Shown one piece after another: positions 1-12,184 of a stretch of DNA of 64,000 nucleotides. Where the stretch lies: the NCBI RefSeq assembly GCF_006345805.1, contig NC_042997.1:209932001-209996000 (forward strand), given 5' to 3'. The notes under the pieces were generated by a model, which was not told where the DNA came from, did no database searches, and saw nothing but the letters and a program-made list of their open reading frames with translations. Each line of letters starts with the position of its first letter. Position 1 is the stretch's first letter. The stretch is from Octopus sinensis. Its lineage: Eukaryota. The position numbers were made by a program, and so were the translations under genes.

Positions 1-263
1 GGGTGAGATTGATAATAGAAGGGTAGGCTAAAATACCACCTGCACCACCACCATTACCACCACCACCAGCACCACCACCATCATCATCATCACCATTGCT
101 GTTGTTGTCAGTCTCTTTATCATTGTCATCATCATCATCATCATCATTGTTTTATGTCCATTTTTCCATGCTTGCAAGGCTTGGATGGTCATCTTCAGTA
201 CAAACTGAACATTGAGGAGAGAGAGAGAGGTAGATAGATAGATAGATAGTGAGAGAGAGAGAG

Positions 264-324
<61 letters not shown>

Positions 325-832
325 AGCCGTTGCAGTGTAAAAGATAAAAGATCTAAATAGTTTCCTCTGTTTTACTCAGCACTTCCTGACCCCTTCCCTT
401 TGATCCTTGCTTGACTTGGAGGCTGAACAGCATCAGCATCATCATCATATTCATTTGATTATCATTACTGCCACCACCACCACCACCACTATTTTCACCA
501 ACACCATCATCATCATCAACATCATCATCAACATCATCATCTTAATGGTGATTATCATCACCACTTTAATGGCTATTATCATTGCATCATCATCAACACA
601 GCCAGCATCAGCGCCACCATCACCACTACCAACACTACCAATCACCACTAACGCTACTGTATCACCACCACCACTACCACAGCCAACACTACTCTTATCA
701 CCACTACTACGATAGTCACCACCACCACCACCAAAGCCATTATCACCACAACCATGACCACCATCACAGTCACCACCACCACAGTTGCACCACCACCACC
801 GCCACCACCACCATGTATATGATAAAAGAATT
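1..832. repeat. Low-complexity block: (CAC)n/(CAT)n trinucleotide tracts and a (GA)n/(GATA)n tract
   Basis: Visible directly; the poly-His/Thr/Val ORFs in the track arise from it. Confidence 0.9.
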
Positions 833-858
833 TTAAATACATTTGTCTTTATTTTCAG

Positions 859-1080
859 AAACTTCCTGAAGAACTGAAGGCAGCCCTGAAATTGAACCAA
901 GCCAAACCTGGTCAAATGCCTCTCTATTTGCATCGTGCAAAAGTTGATCTTACCCAAATGAAACCTTCAAAACCTCTCCTGTCCATTGTGGCACCATTTC
1001 CAGATCATTTCTTAGAGACTTTACAAAAACTTCAACTAGAATATTCCTTTGATGACATTTTTGATACAAAAACTAAATAA
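859..1080 (+). CDS. RPUSD4: Terminal coding exon of an RluA-family (RPUSD4/RPUSD3-like) mitochondrial RNA pseudouridine synthase
   Basis: Pyrimidine-rich acceptor ttgtctttattttcAG ends at 858. Phase-0 frame KLPEELKAALKLNQAKPGQMPLYLHRAKVDLTQMKPSKPLLSIVAPFPDHFLETLQKLQLEYSFDDIFDTKTK ends at TAA 1078-1080. It resembles, from memory, the RPUSD4 C-terminus (QKL...LGL.Q.K....PLHLHARQL.LP......L.LVCKLP.FF...L.RL.L). Upstream exons are not in the window; RPUSD3 is not excluded. Confidence 0.7.
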   Translation, partial: KLPEELKAALKLNQAKPGQMPLYLHRAKVDLTQMKPSKPLLSIVAPFPDHFLETLQKLQLEYSFDDIFDTKTK

Positions 1081-1279
1081 ATTATTTAGAAAAATTTGCA
1101 GAAAATATCTGGTGTTGTTTGGATTCAAGACTGAGGAATTTGGCAGTCCATTTTGAGATATGCTGTGCTTGTGAAGACCCATTCCTTCATTTCTGCTTAG
1201 GTCAAATCTTTATCCTAATCCTAATTCTAAACCAAACCCCAAATCCTAACTCGAACCTTAATTTTCGTTTTTGTAGATT

Positions 1280-1592
1280 CATCATCATCATCATCACTTA
1301 ACGTCCGTTTTCCATGCTAGCATGGGTTGGACGGTTCGACCGGGGTCTGGGAAGCCAGAAGGCTGCACTTGATCTGGCAGTGTTTCTACAGCTGGATGCC
1401 CTTCCTAACACTAGCCACTCCGTGAGTGTAGTGGGTGCTTTTCATGTGCCACCGGCACAGGTGCCAGGCCAGGCTGGCAACGGCCACGATCGGTTGGTGC
1501 TTTTTACATGCCACCAGCATGGAAGCCAGACAAGGCGGCGCTGGCATCGGCCACGTTCGGATGGTGCTTTTTACGTGCCACCGGCACAGGAA
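1280..1592 (-). mobile_element. Retroposon 3' end with (ATG)n tail (RTE-type tail) and internal ~62-bp repeats
   Basis: (CAT)n followed by aacgtccgttttccatgctagcatgggttgg...ggatgcccttcctaac; three copies of ggtgcttttt(a/c)(c/t)gtgccacc near 1435, 1497 and 1563; a short related fragment lies near 130-190. Confidence 0.55.
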
Positions 1593-1897
1593 ACACAACT
1601 ACAATTTCCATTGATTTTTGATGTTGATTTCTTTTAAGTATAATTTTATAAAAAAATTATGAGTTAAAAAAAATAACGGCTGGGAAAAAAACTAAAACAA
1701 AAAACAAACCCGAGGCTACAAAACGGAAGATAGTAATTTTGAAAAAAAATCTTCGTTTAACTATCGTAACCTCTGCATGTGTGTGTGTGTGTATGCGTGT
1801 ACGCACGCGCATTCATTTTACAGATATTAAATCTGTAAAATATAATTATTATTTTGTACCACCTTGATTTTCATCCTAGAATTTGCATATATATGTA

Positions 1898-3088
1898 TAT
1901 TAGGTTGTCAAGAAAGTTCTTGCGGTTTTTAACCTTTAAATTCAGATGCACATATCTTGTCTCAAACAAAAATTTATTAATCGAGATAAACACCATCAGA
2001 ATCAACACACTTTTGCCAACGCGAAACAAGTTTAGTCATACCAGTAGCGTAAAAATCCTGCGTTCTGGTGGCGATGAAGTCGTTGAAGGTGTGTTTGGCA
2101 TCGTCTTGGTTTTTGAAGCATTTCTCACGCAGGAAGTTGTTGAGATGCTTGAAAAAGTGGTAGTCGGGAGGCGAGAGGTCTGGTGAGTATGGTGGATGAG
2201 GCAGTTTCGTAGCCCAGTTCGTTCAACTTCTGCAGGGTCAGTTGTGCGACTTCGGCCGAGTGTTGTGTCGTGGAGAAGAATTGGTCCTTTTCTATTGACC
2301 AATCCTGGCTGTTGTCGGAGTTTCTTTTGCGTTTCATCCATTTGCTGACAGTACTTCTCCGTCGTAATGGTTTCACCTGGATCCCAAAAGCTGTGATGGA
2401 TGAGACCGGCCGTAGACCACCAAACAGTCACCATGACCTTCTTCTGGTGCAACTTTGGCTTCGGGAAGTGCCGTGGAGCTTCGTCAGCGTCCAACCATTA
2501 AGCTGAACGTCGCCGGTTGTAAAGAATTCACTTTTCATCGTAAGTCACAATCCGGTCGAGAAACGAGTCGTCCTTGTTGCGTAAAAGAACGGAAGACGAC
2601 ACTTCAAAACGGCGTATTTTTTTGTTATTGTTCAATTCGTGCGGCACCCATTTCTCAAGTATTTTTGTTTTTCCAATCTCTTTCAAGTGGTTGGAAATTG
2701 TCGTATACGTTACGTCTAATTCAGAAGCAAGCTCTCGAACGGTTGTGCGTGGATTGGCTGCGACTAAGGCTCTTATCTGATCGTCAACATTCGATGGCCG
2801 ACCACTACGCTTATCATCTTCAAGACTCTCGTCACCGCTACGAAATTTCTTGAACCACCATTGTGGTGTACGTTCATTAGTGGTTCCTGGGATAAACGCA
2901 TCGTTGATATCGCGAGCTGTTTCAGCTGCTTTTCGGCCTCGCTTGAACTGGAATAAGAAAATTGTGCGAATTTGCTTTTTGTCCATGTTGTATTCAACGT
3001 TCTGGAAAAAAGGCTAATTATTCAAAAAGAAAAAAAGTAATACGATTAGATAGAGCGAAAAATGGGCCTTAAAATGATATATAAACTC
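1898..3088 (-). mobile_element. Mariner (Hsmar1/SETMAR-like) transposon with frameshifted transposase; 5' end lost at a SINE insertion
   Basis: ORF pieces MDKKQIRTIFLFQFKRGRKAAETARDIN...WVPHEL...RIVTYDEK and KKVMVTVWW...GPILLHD, then SPDLSPPDYHFFKHL; one TIR TAttaggttgtcaagaaagttcttgcggtt at 1898-1928. Confidence 0.92.
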
Positions 3089-3385
3089 ATTCTTTGTAAG
3101 CCTAGTATTTATTCTACCGGTCTGTTTTGCCGAGCCGCTAGGTGACGGGGACGTGAACACACCAGCATCGGTTGTCAAGCGGGGGGAAAACACAGGTACA
3201 CAAACACACACACACATACATATATACGATGGGCTTCTTTTCAGTTTCCGTCTACCAAATCCATTCACAAGGCTTTGGTCGGCCCGAGGCTATAGTAGAA
3301 GACACTTGCCCAAGGTGCCACGCAATGGGACTGAATCCGGAACCATGTGGTTGGTAAGCAAGCTCCATACCACACAGCCACTCCT
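3089..3385 (-). mobile_element. tRNA-derived CORE-like SINE (family B), 3'-truncated
   Basis: Head aggagtggctgtgtggta...ggttccgg(a/g)ttcagtccca, core caccttgggcaagtgtcttctactatagcc, internal microsatellite; many copies in the window. Confidence 0.85.
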
Positions 3386-3553
3386 AAATATTATTCTGTA
3401 TTCTTCGGTGTTCTTCTTCATTTGGTATCTCCGATGTGAGAACCCAACATCTTCCCTTCAACAGTAGTTACATCTAAACGCAACAACTGCATAACTTACA
3501 TCAACCCGCTACGCATATGTATATGAGTATACATTATATATATGTGTGTGTGC

Positions 3554-3603
<50 letters not shown>

Positions 3604-3632
3604 CGTTCTTGTCCCAGTTTGTAATTTTCTAC

Positions 3633-3695
<63 letters not shown>

Positions 3696-4030
3696 GAGAC
3701 CCCTTTCGGTCACGATACTGACCATGGGATTGCACATAGAAAGTTTCCCTCCCAGGTACAAGTCCGGGCAAGGTTGTTTATGGAAGACCAGCAGTCGCCC
3801 ATGCATACCGGCCTCCCCTCTCCACGCCACCAATGTTATCCAAGGGTAAGACAAAGGTCGATACAGCTTGGCACCAGTGACGTCGCAACTCATTTCTACA
3901 GCTGAGTGAACTGGAGCAACGTGAAATAAAGTGCCTTGCTCAAGAACACAACACGCAGCCCGGTCCGGGATTCGAGCTCACAACCTCACGATCGTAAGCT
4001 CGACGCTCTAACCACTGAGCCATGCGCCTT

Positions 4031-4033
<3 letters not shown>
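3696..4033 (-). mobile_element. tRNA-derived SINE (family C), near full length
   Basis: Reverse complement of the 47367-47715 copy; tRNA-like head ggcgcatggctcagtggttagagcg...gttcga..ccc and CORE-like domain cttgagcaaggcactttatttcacgttgctccagttcactcagctgtag. Confidence 0.85.
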
Positions 4034-4063
<30 letters not shown>

Positions 4064-4645
4064 ATGCTTATTCATATACGCACACATGCCCGTGTGTGTG
4101 TGGTGTGTATAAGAGTCCATTAGCAAACAGACAACAGATGTAGACGAAGTGTCAAAAAGATGACGGAGACCCAACCAACTGATTTTTTTTCTTCTTTCTC
4201 AAGAAGCAGATGGTTTGGTGAGGAGTTTGCATGATTGATTCGAATCTTTTGCATTGAGCTGCGAGAGAGATAAGGCAGGCAACACTGCGAAGTCCGACAC
4301 AAACTGTTCTAACATTTTCCATTTCACGTAACAGCATACTTTAGGTTCAGTACAGAGTAGCGCTTGTAGGTATACATGTGCGCGTGTGGCCGTGTGGGTG
4401 TATGCGCAAGATAAGTAACCATTATTCAAATTAGGACAAATAAGGGAATCTAATTAATTTAATTGATATTTTAAAATGCCTACGTCAATCTTGCTTCGAT
4501 GCATATCCGCATGTGTGTATGGCTTTGTTATGCTTTTTTTTTATAGATATACATACGCATACGCATATGCATGGCGTGTGTAGGAATATGTTTATAAAAA
4601 AATGTTTTTACGCACATGCACAAATATATTTGTGATTTTATGTGG

Positions 4646-4679
<34 letters not shown>

Positions 4680-4864
4680 TCGTACGTACGTACATACATA
4701 CATACGTACATACATATGTACGTACGTACATACATACATACATACATACGTACATACATATGTACGTACGTACATACATACATACATACATACATACATA
4801 CGTACATACATATGTACGTACGTACGTACATACATACATACGTACATACATGCATACATACATA
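4646..4864. repeat. (CATA)n microsatellite with CGTA variants
   Basis: Visible directly; source of HTYI/YVCM ORFs. Confidence 0.9.
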
Positions 4865-4989
4865 CAGGAGTATTGTTGACTTTGGAACTTGTCTCTTTCA
4901 AATTGATACTTTAATCTAATCGCTCAATAAATCGAGCTATGCGCTGTTGTTTCTTGAAAAGAGTTCACCTCTATAATTTTTCATTACCT

Positions 4990-5045
<56 letters not shown>

Positions 5046-5055
5046 GTATATATAC

Positions 5056-5427
5056 AGGTAATGAACGGGTCGACATTCGACATTGCACAGTGCCAAAGAT
5101 CCATCGCAATGCCATCGCGCTTCAGGACCAGTTACTACAACACCCTGGGTTTCCGGGACCCGCAGCTTTTTAATATTCTCCCCAAAAGCCCGAGGGACCT
5201 ACACAAAGTGGATGTAGGTGTTTTCTCATCAAAACTGGACTTCTTCCTGTCGAGAGTCCCAGATGAACCTACCTCACGGCAAGAGGTGCAAGTAAGGGTA
5301 GCGACATCAAACTCTATTCTTCACCAAGTGCCACATATTAGAGGAGGATCTCAGTCATAACAATGTAGCAAGACGGCGGTGCCACAACAAAGTCACAGCT
5401 CTGAGCTCAAACTACAAAATACAAAAG

Positions 5428-5430
<3 letters not shown>
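5056..5430 (+). mobile_element. CR1/L2-like LINE ORF2 C-terminal and 3' UTR fragment (copy 1 of tandem duplication)
   Basis: YYNTLGFRDPQLFNILPKSPRDLHKVDVGVFSSKLDFFLSRVPDEPT is homologous to the LINE end at 10.6-10.8 kb. Confidence 0.75.
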
Positions 5431-5458
<28 letters not shown>

Positions 5459-5762
5459 ATATATATATATATAGTTGAAACACTCCTCTCACAACCTGGG
5501 ATCTTGAAGGCTGCTTTAATGCAAGAAAGTATACTAGTCCCTTAATATTTTATATTCAATATTTTATCTATTCAATAAGACAATCAATACTTCATTTCCT
5601 TTTATTATATATATATCATTTATACTATATATTCTATATTCTACATTAATATTATAAAGAATATAAATAAAACAGAGTTGGAATTTCTTTGAATAATATA
5701 TATATATAATATATATATATATTATATATATATATATATGTATATATATATGTATATATACA

Positions 5763-6133
5763 GGTAATGAACGGGTCGACATTCGACATTGCACAGTGCC
5801 AAAGATCCATCGCAATGCCATCGCGCTTCAGGACCAGTTACTACAACACCCTGGGTTTCCGGGACCCGCAGCTTTTTAATATTCTCCCCAAAAGCCCGAG
5901 GGACCTACACAAAGTGGATGTAGGTGTTTTCTCATCAAAACTGGACTTCTTCCTGTCGAGAGTCCCAGATGAACCTACCTCACGGCAAGAGGTGCAAGTA
6001 AGGGTAGCGACATCAAACTCTATTCTTCACCAAGTGCCACATATTAGAGGAGGATCTCAGTCATAACAATGTAGCAAGACGGCGGTGCCACAACAAAGTC
6101 ACAGCTCTGAGCTCAAACTACAAAATACAAAAG

Positions 6134-6136
<3 letters not shown>
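5763..6136 (+). mobile_element. CR1/L2-like LINE 3' fragment (copy 2 of tandem duplication)
   Basis: Apparently identical to 5056-5430 at offset 707. Confidence 0.75.
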
Positions 6137-6168
<32 letters not shown>

Positions 6169-6419
6169 GTTGAAACACTCCTCTCACAACCTGGGATCTT
6201 GAAGGCTGCTTTAATGCAAGAAAGTATACTAGTCCCTTAATATTTTATATTCAATATTTTATCTATTCAATAAGACAATCAATACTTCATTTCCTTTTAT
6301 TATATATATATATCATTTATACTATATATTCTATATTCTACATTAATATTATAAAGAATATAAATAAAACAGAGTTGGAATTTCTTTGAATAATATATAT
6401 ATATATATATAGGAGAGTA

Positions 6420-7377
6420 TTGTAGTTCGCTTGACGCATTGTATATTGTTTGTAAAGAATAGAAAGTTTTGAATGGTACAACAATGCACTATAATATAGA
6501 CAATGGGCTGAGTATACCTGTTGTAATTTAGTCATCCATAGTCTGATATGATATTTCGGAATAATATTCCTTCTTCAGATATTCTTAGATGGAGTCGCTG
6601 TTATAATCGGTTTTCTAACGGCTTTCTTTTATTATTTTTTGGAAGCGTCTCAGCAGTGCTCTCACGACGCTCCTTCCGGAATTCCTCATGAGAAGTGTGT
6701 GAGGTCGGCCACGTCTCAATCTCGTGTGTGCTGGTACATCCGTAACGCTGCTTCTAAGTTACGTATTATACGTGCAGCTTCCATTTTCCCTTCTTTTTTT
6801 CCCCATGTCTTCTGTTTTTCTGGATATAAACTACAGATATGCATATTATCAAAAATGAACCTATACGCATCCAGATGTATCTAAATAATGTATTGATTAC
6901 CAACCTCCAGCCTGTTGTTAATTTGGGGCCCTAGTCTGTGTATTAGTATAGCTTCCTTAATTCTTAAATTACCCAAATTTCTTTCATTGGCCTCAGTTGT
7001 GACTGTTATGTTTTTGTCGGTGTTCCGGCATCTGTCTAGATATTTTCTGAAAGAGGAAGCTCTCGTGTTCAGATGTTCTTTGATGCGGACGTATAACGCT
7101 ACCCACATAGAACCTGTTGCATTTGTTACATTGTATTCTATACACAACATTTAGCCATTGGCATAAATCTGTGTCACGGATGGGACAGTTTGTTAATGTA
7201 TACTGATTGTTGTCCCTTATTCGTTTTTTAGTGAGGTGTCCTCTCAGAGAGGGGCCGGAGTGGGCTAGTTGTATGTCTAGCCTTCCTCTCCTTTTGGCTC
7301 TTCGGATGGATGTAGTCATCCTCTCGCTAAAATGGGGTATTTTAAGGAAGCATGTGTTGCTTCCTTAAATTATATTC

Positions 7378-7380
<3 letters not shown>
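6420..7380 (-). mobile_element. Penelope-like element 3' fragment: GIY-YIG endonuclease remnant plus pseudo-LTR region
   Basis: Joined frames read CPIRDTDLCQWLNVVYRIQCNKCNRFYVGS..R.L.VRIKEHLNT...NLRIKEAILIHRLGPQINNRLE, a typical PLE GIY-YIG layout. Confidence 0.8.
6546..6582 (-). ncRNA. Minimal type-I hammerhead-like motif downstream of the Penelope ORF
   Basis: Minus strand reads ATAT-CTGAAGA-A-GGAA(TATTA)TTCC-GAAA-TA-TC-ATAT; stem I only 4 bp, one extra A after the core, stem III minimal and palindromic. Confidence 0.5.
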
Positions 7381-7428
<48 letters not shown>

Positions 7429-7611
7429 GTGTGTGTATGTGTGTGTGTGTGTATATATATAGTCGACATCATAGGAATGTAGAAACTTTCGTCAGAACGT
7501 CGAAGTATTCCTTTATTTTTTTTTAATTGGTTCTCGAAGCGTCCCGGAAGTTATAAATAATAGTATATAAATATTGGGTTGAAAAATCCTATAGAATAGA
7601 AAACGTCGAAA

Positions 7612-7680
7612 ACTGCCCGTGGGATTCGAACCCACATTTCCTATAGATATGACAAGCATTCTACCATTGGACCAAAGCAA
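7612..7680 (-). pseudogene. tRNA-like remnant (A and B boxes; no intact cloverleaf)
   Basis: Minus strand: TGGTCCAATGGTAGAATG ... GTGGGTTCGAATCCCAC; acceptor and anticodon arms do not pair well. Confidence 0.5.
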
Positions 7681-9298
7681 TCTTTTGAGTTACTCTATTC
7701 ATTTTAGAGACTCTATTTTTACAGGCGAGAATTGTATGTTGTTGATATAAGAAATTAGGAAAGTCGAGAAAACGTGGAATTGGTTTTCGAAGTACATATA
7801 AAGATGTATGTATGTATGTATGTATGTATGTATGTATGTATGTATGTATGTATGTATGTATGTATGTATGCATGTATGTATGTATGTATGTATGTATGTA
7901 TGTATGTATGTACGTACGTACGTACACACATTCATATATAAAGTTTGCATTGCGATTCGAGTTTCATGCTACTACCATCTTCAGGCGAGAACACAAACAT
8001 TTGTCTACTCCACCACACATATACATATAAGTGTGTGTATGTGAGTGTGTGAGTGTGTTTGTGTGTTTTGTGTGTGTGTGTGTCTGTGTGTGTAGAAACA
8101 GCAAAGGTTCCTTCATAGAACAATCTACCATCTTAAAAAGTGAGGAAGCTCACATTCTGTTATGTAGTCCAAAGTAAACATAGCAGACAGAACGGTCATG
8201 GCTGGAATACGCTTGATTATCGATCATAGGTCTGATCATGATTGTACAGGGATTAAACACTTACAACAACAACAACAACAACAGCAACAGCAACAACAAC
8301 GTCATCTCTTTCGCCATCACCAATCAATATTCTCACCCCAGGTATCATCCGCAAAACGTCAATTTACGAAAAAAAAACCCCACCATCCCTAGATTTAAAA
8401 AGAAAAAGAAAAAGATGACAGTGTTGTCTCCCACAGCAAAAATGGAGGAGACTGAGAGAGGATGGAAGCCAAAAACAGAAGCAAAAACGAAAAAAGGTGG
8501 AATCGATATTATTTCATCTGACCAACATTTTTACCGTTTCTCTTCACTCTAGATTCTTGTAGTTTTTTTTGTTAAAAACTCGCATCACAGGGAAATCGTT
8601 TAATAATCCAAGCGAGATGGCGGCGTTTTTGAACCCCTGTTAGCTTGTTTTGGTTCTTGTTGTTTGTTCTTTTTTTTTTCTGTGGTTTTGTTCTCGTTTT
8701 GTTACTCATCGATATATCTGCTGCCGCCACAGTCACCGCCGCCGCCGCCAACACAGAAGAAAAACGTTATTTTTGGTGTTCTGCCATATCTGATATGGCG
8801 TATGGACGAAATTAAGCTGACTGCTTCACTATATTTCCACTCTTTGATCATTTCTAACAAATTAAACCGACTTCAGAGAAATTCCGTCAAACAGTTCTGA
8901 CCGTTTTCGTGTTGTTTGACGTTCCTTCACTTTTTAATTGTCGCCCAAAAGTTCAAGCCAGTAAAAATTGTTGAGTTTCCATAACAGCACGCTTCTAAAA
9001 ACTGCCGCATTCAATGAACTGCCTCTTTGGTAGTAATTCCATTGAAGAACTCTCTGTAGAATTAAAACCAAATTATTGAGATATTTACTGCTTCTAACTT
9101 AGTTATGGTTTTCACACGACTTCAATATTGAGACTTGAAAAGAATTTTGTTAAAAACGTTTCCAGCGAGTTATTTTTGTTAATGCTATTTAATGGTACTT
9201 TTCTAAAACATCTGTCTCTGAAATTGTGGACAGAACGTTTTAGGACATGATGAATAAAAACCTAGTGAAAGCAGTACCAGTATGTATGTATATGTATG

Positions 9299-9332
<34 letters not shown>

Positions 9333-9344
9333 AATATATATATA

Positions 9345-9425
<81 letters not shown>

Positions 9426-9669
9426 ATATATATGTATATATGTATGTATATGTGAGTGTGTATATATATATATATATAATATATATATATAATATACACA
9501 CCTATATACATACACATATATACACACATACATATATATATACATACATATATAGATATAGATATACACACACATATATGCACACGCACACACACACATA
9601 TATACACACAAATTTATATATACATATATACATACATATATACATACATATATATATATACATATATAT

Positions 9670-9705
<36 letters not shown>

Positions 9706-10103
9706 GCACGCACAGACATACACACACATATACATATATATATATAAATACATAAATGTATATATATATATGTATATATGTATATGTGTGTGTGTATATG
9801 TCTGTATGTGCAAATGTCTATATAAGTATTTTATGTTAGATATTATAGACGTGGCAAAACTAAATAACACGTAGTTGTTATATGTTTATATGCTATGATA
9901 TATATACCTCGTATATAATTACATACATTTATATAGATCACAGAGATAATTATATACATACATTTATGTACACTCCATATATAATTACATTGTATACACA
10001 ATTTTGTCTTGTAATGTATCCCATCTATATAATTAGATTTATAAACACCGATATACAATATTGTGTACATATATTTATACAGATCACAGATATAATTATA
10101 TAT

Positions 10104-10911
10104 ACTGGTCCAGGAGGGATCGAAATCCCAGTATCGAAATCAATACGGGACCTGGGGATAGACATGAGTGACGATGCATCTTTTTCCTCACACATCGCGA
10201 AGGTGGCGACAATGTGCAGACGACTCACTGGCTGGATCCTGAGGACATTCCGGACAAGAGACTGCGAGACCATGTTGACACTATGGAGGACATTTGTCCT
10301 AAGCCGCCTAGACTACTGCTCCCAACTGTGGTCACCGCATAGTGTCAACTAACCACAGAGCTTGAGACAATCCAAAGACATTTCACCAAGAGGATTTCCA
10401 CCATGAAAGAAAAAAACTATTGGGAGAGGCTTAGGGAACTCAATTTGTACTCCTTGGAACGAAGACGAGAGAATATGCAGTGATATACATATGGAAAATC
10501 CTGGAGGGACTAGCACCAAATTTTGGAATTGAGAGCTGTTCCAATCCCGTACAGGTCGTCACTGTGTGTGCCAAAGGTCCCGTCTTCCACATCCAGGGTA
10601 AGGAGCAGATACTGTAATAGCCTGGGGTTCAGGGGCCCTCAGCTGTTCAACAACTGCCAAGAAAACTAAGAGATCTACATGATGCGGATGTGGACATTTT
10701 CAAAAAAATCTAGACAAGCTGCTTTCCGGGATCCAGATGAACCCACTGCAAGGTACGAAGGTAACCTAAGGGCAGCAGCTACAAACTCTCTCTTAGATCA
10801 GGGCCAGCCACGGCAAACTGGACTTAGAGAGGGTAGCAACAAGGGCGGTGCCCCAGCATGGCCTCAGCCGGATGGCTGAAACAAGTAAAAGAGTAAAAGA
10901 GTAAAAGAGTA
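10104..10911 (+). mobile_element. CR1/L2-like LINE, 5'-truncated and disrupted, intact 3' end with (AGTAAAAG)n tail
   Basis: RDLGIDMSDDASFSSHIAKV...WILRTFRTRD...FVLSRLDYCSQLWSP, SLERRR, GFRGPQLFN; ends gaaacaagtaaaagagtaaaagagtaaaagagta. Confidence 0.88.
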
Positions 10912-10939
10912 TATACATATATACATATTTATATATATA

Positions 10940-12184
10940 CAGACATGACAGAAGTAAATAGACACCACATGAAACATGGTTTTGTGTTTATTCTAACGTG
11001 TAAAGTCTTATATTTTTTATTAATTGACATTTTTGTGTTTCAGTTTCTATAGGTGACTGTTTAATCATGCCATGTACAAAAGAAGCCTTGGAATTGTCTG
11101 AATTTTAAAGAGGAAGTATTGTGGGTCATTCTGAAGGTGGATATAATCAGCATAAAATCGCAGAAAACCCTGGGGTCCCGCTTTCTACACTGTGATTGCA
11201 ATTCACCAGAGAGGGGAAAGAGTCCACATCACCTCGCCCAGATCAACCAGAGCCCTTTGACAGGACCCTTCTCGCTGCTAAGAGAAGTGTGGAGGATAAT
11301 CCTCGTTGCAAGCCCTCTGACATAGCAGAACAAGTTGATGTCAGTCCCAAAACAGCTGTAAGGTATCTCCACAAACTTGTTTACTATGGCAGAACAGTAA
11401 GAAGGAAGCCATTTCTTCGACCAGTCAACATCAAGTGGAGAATAAATTGGGCCAGTGAGATGGTGGAGAGGCCACTAGCATTTTTGGACACTGTCATAGT
11501 CTCTGATGAGTCCAGATTTACTGTTGCATTTCCTGACAGTGGTCGATTGTGGGTCTGGAGACTCTGTGATCAAGAATTTGATGTGGAAAGATTGCAGCCA
11601 ACAATGAAACAAGGCAGCTATTCGGTGATGGTCTGGGGAGCAATTTGGAACAATGGTTGTTCAGAGCTGGTGGAGTGTGAGGGAAACATAAACTCAGATA
11701 AATATGTGTCCATATTGCAGAAAGATTCCTTCCAATCTTTTCTAGTGGCGAAATGATTAAAGAAGACTCTTTATTTATGGAAGATGGGGCTCCTTGTCAC
11801 ATGGCTAAAACGACCCAAGATTTGTTGGATGAGAATGGCATTAAAAAGTTTCCATGGCAAAGCTAGTCACCAGATATGAACCCTCTTGAGCATCTCTGGG
11901 ACATAATGGACAGGACACTTCATAAAAAGACCAAGAAAGCATCTTCAAAGCCAGATCTTTTTAGATTACTGCATGAAACTTGGCAAGAAATTCCGCAAGA
12001 GAATATTTGTCATCTGATAAGTAATATGCCTAATAGGGTCCTTGTATTGAAAAATGCGAAGGGCAGGTCTACTAAATATTAAATATTAGCATTATAACAA
12101 TTAATAAATAATATGAATGTATAATTTCAGATTTAAACAAATTTTAATGATTATAAGGGTGTCTATTTACTTCTGTCATATCTG
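10940..12184 (+). mobile_element. Full-length Tc1-like (DD34E-type) transposon with inactivated transposase
   Basis: 27-bp TIRs CAGACATGACAGAAGTAAATAGACACC / GGTGTCTATTTACTTCTGTCATATCTG (1 mismatch), TA on the left; VSDESRF, VMVWGAI, MEDGAPCH and SPDMNPLEHLWD motifs with stops and frameshifts. Confidence 0.93.

Noticed and set aside
1205-1265. Degenerate CCTAAT/CCTAAC hexamers resembling telomeric repeats
   Set aside because: Too short and too degenerate to call an interstitial telomere
7470-7510. Minus-strand CTGACGA near the 5' side of the Penelope fragment
   Set aside because: No downstream GAAA or stem II before the microsatellite; at most a truncated remnant
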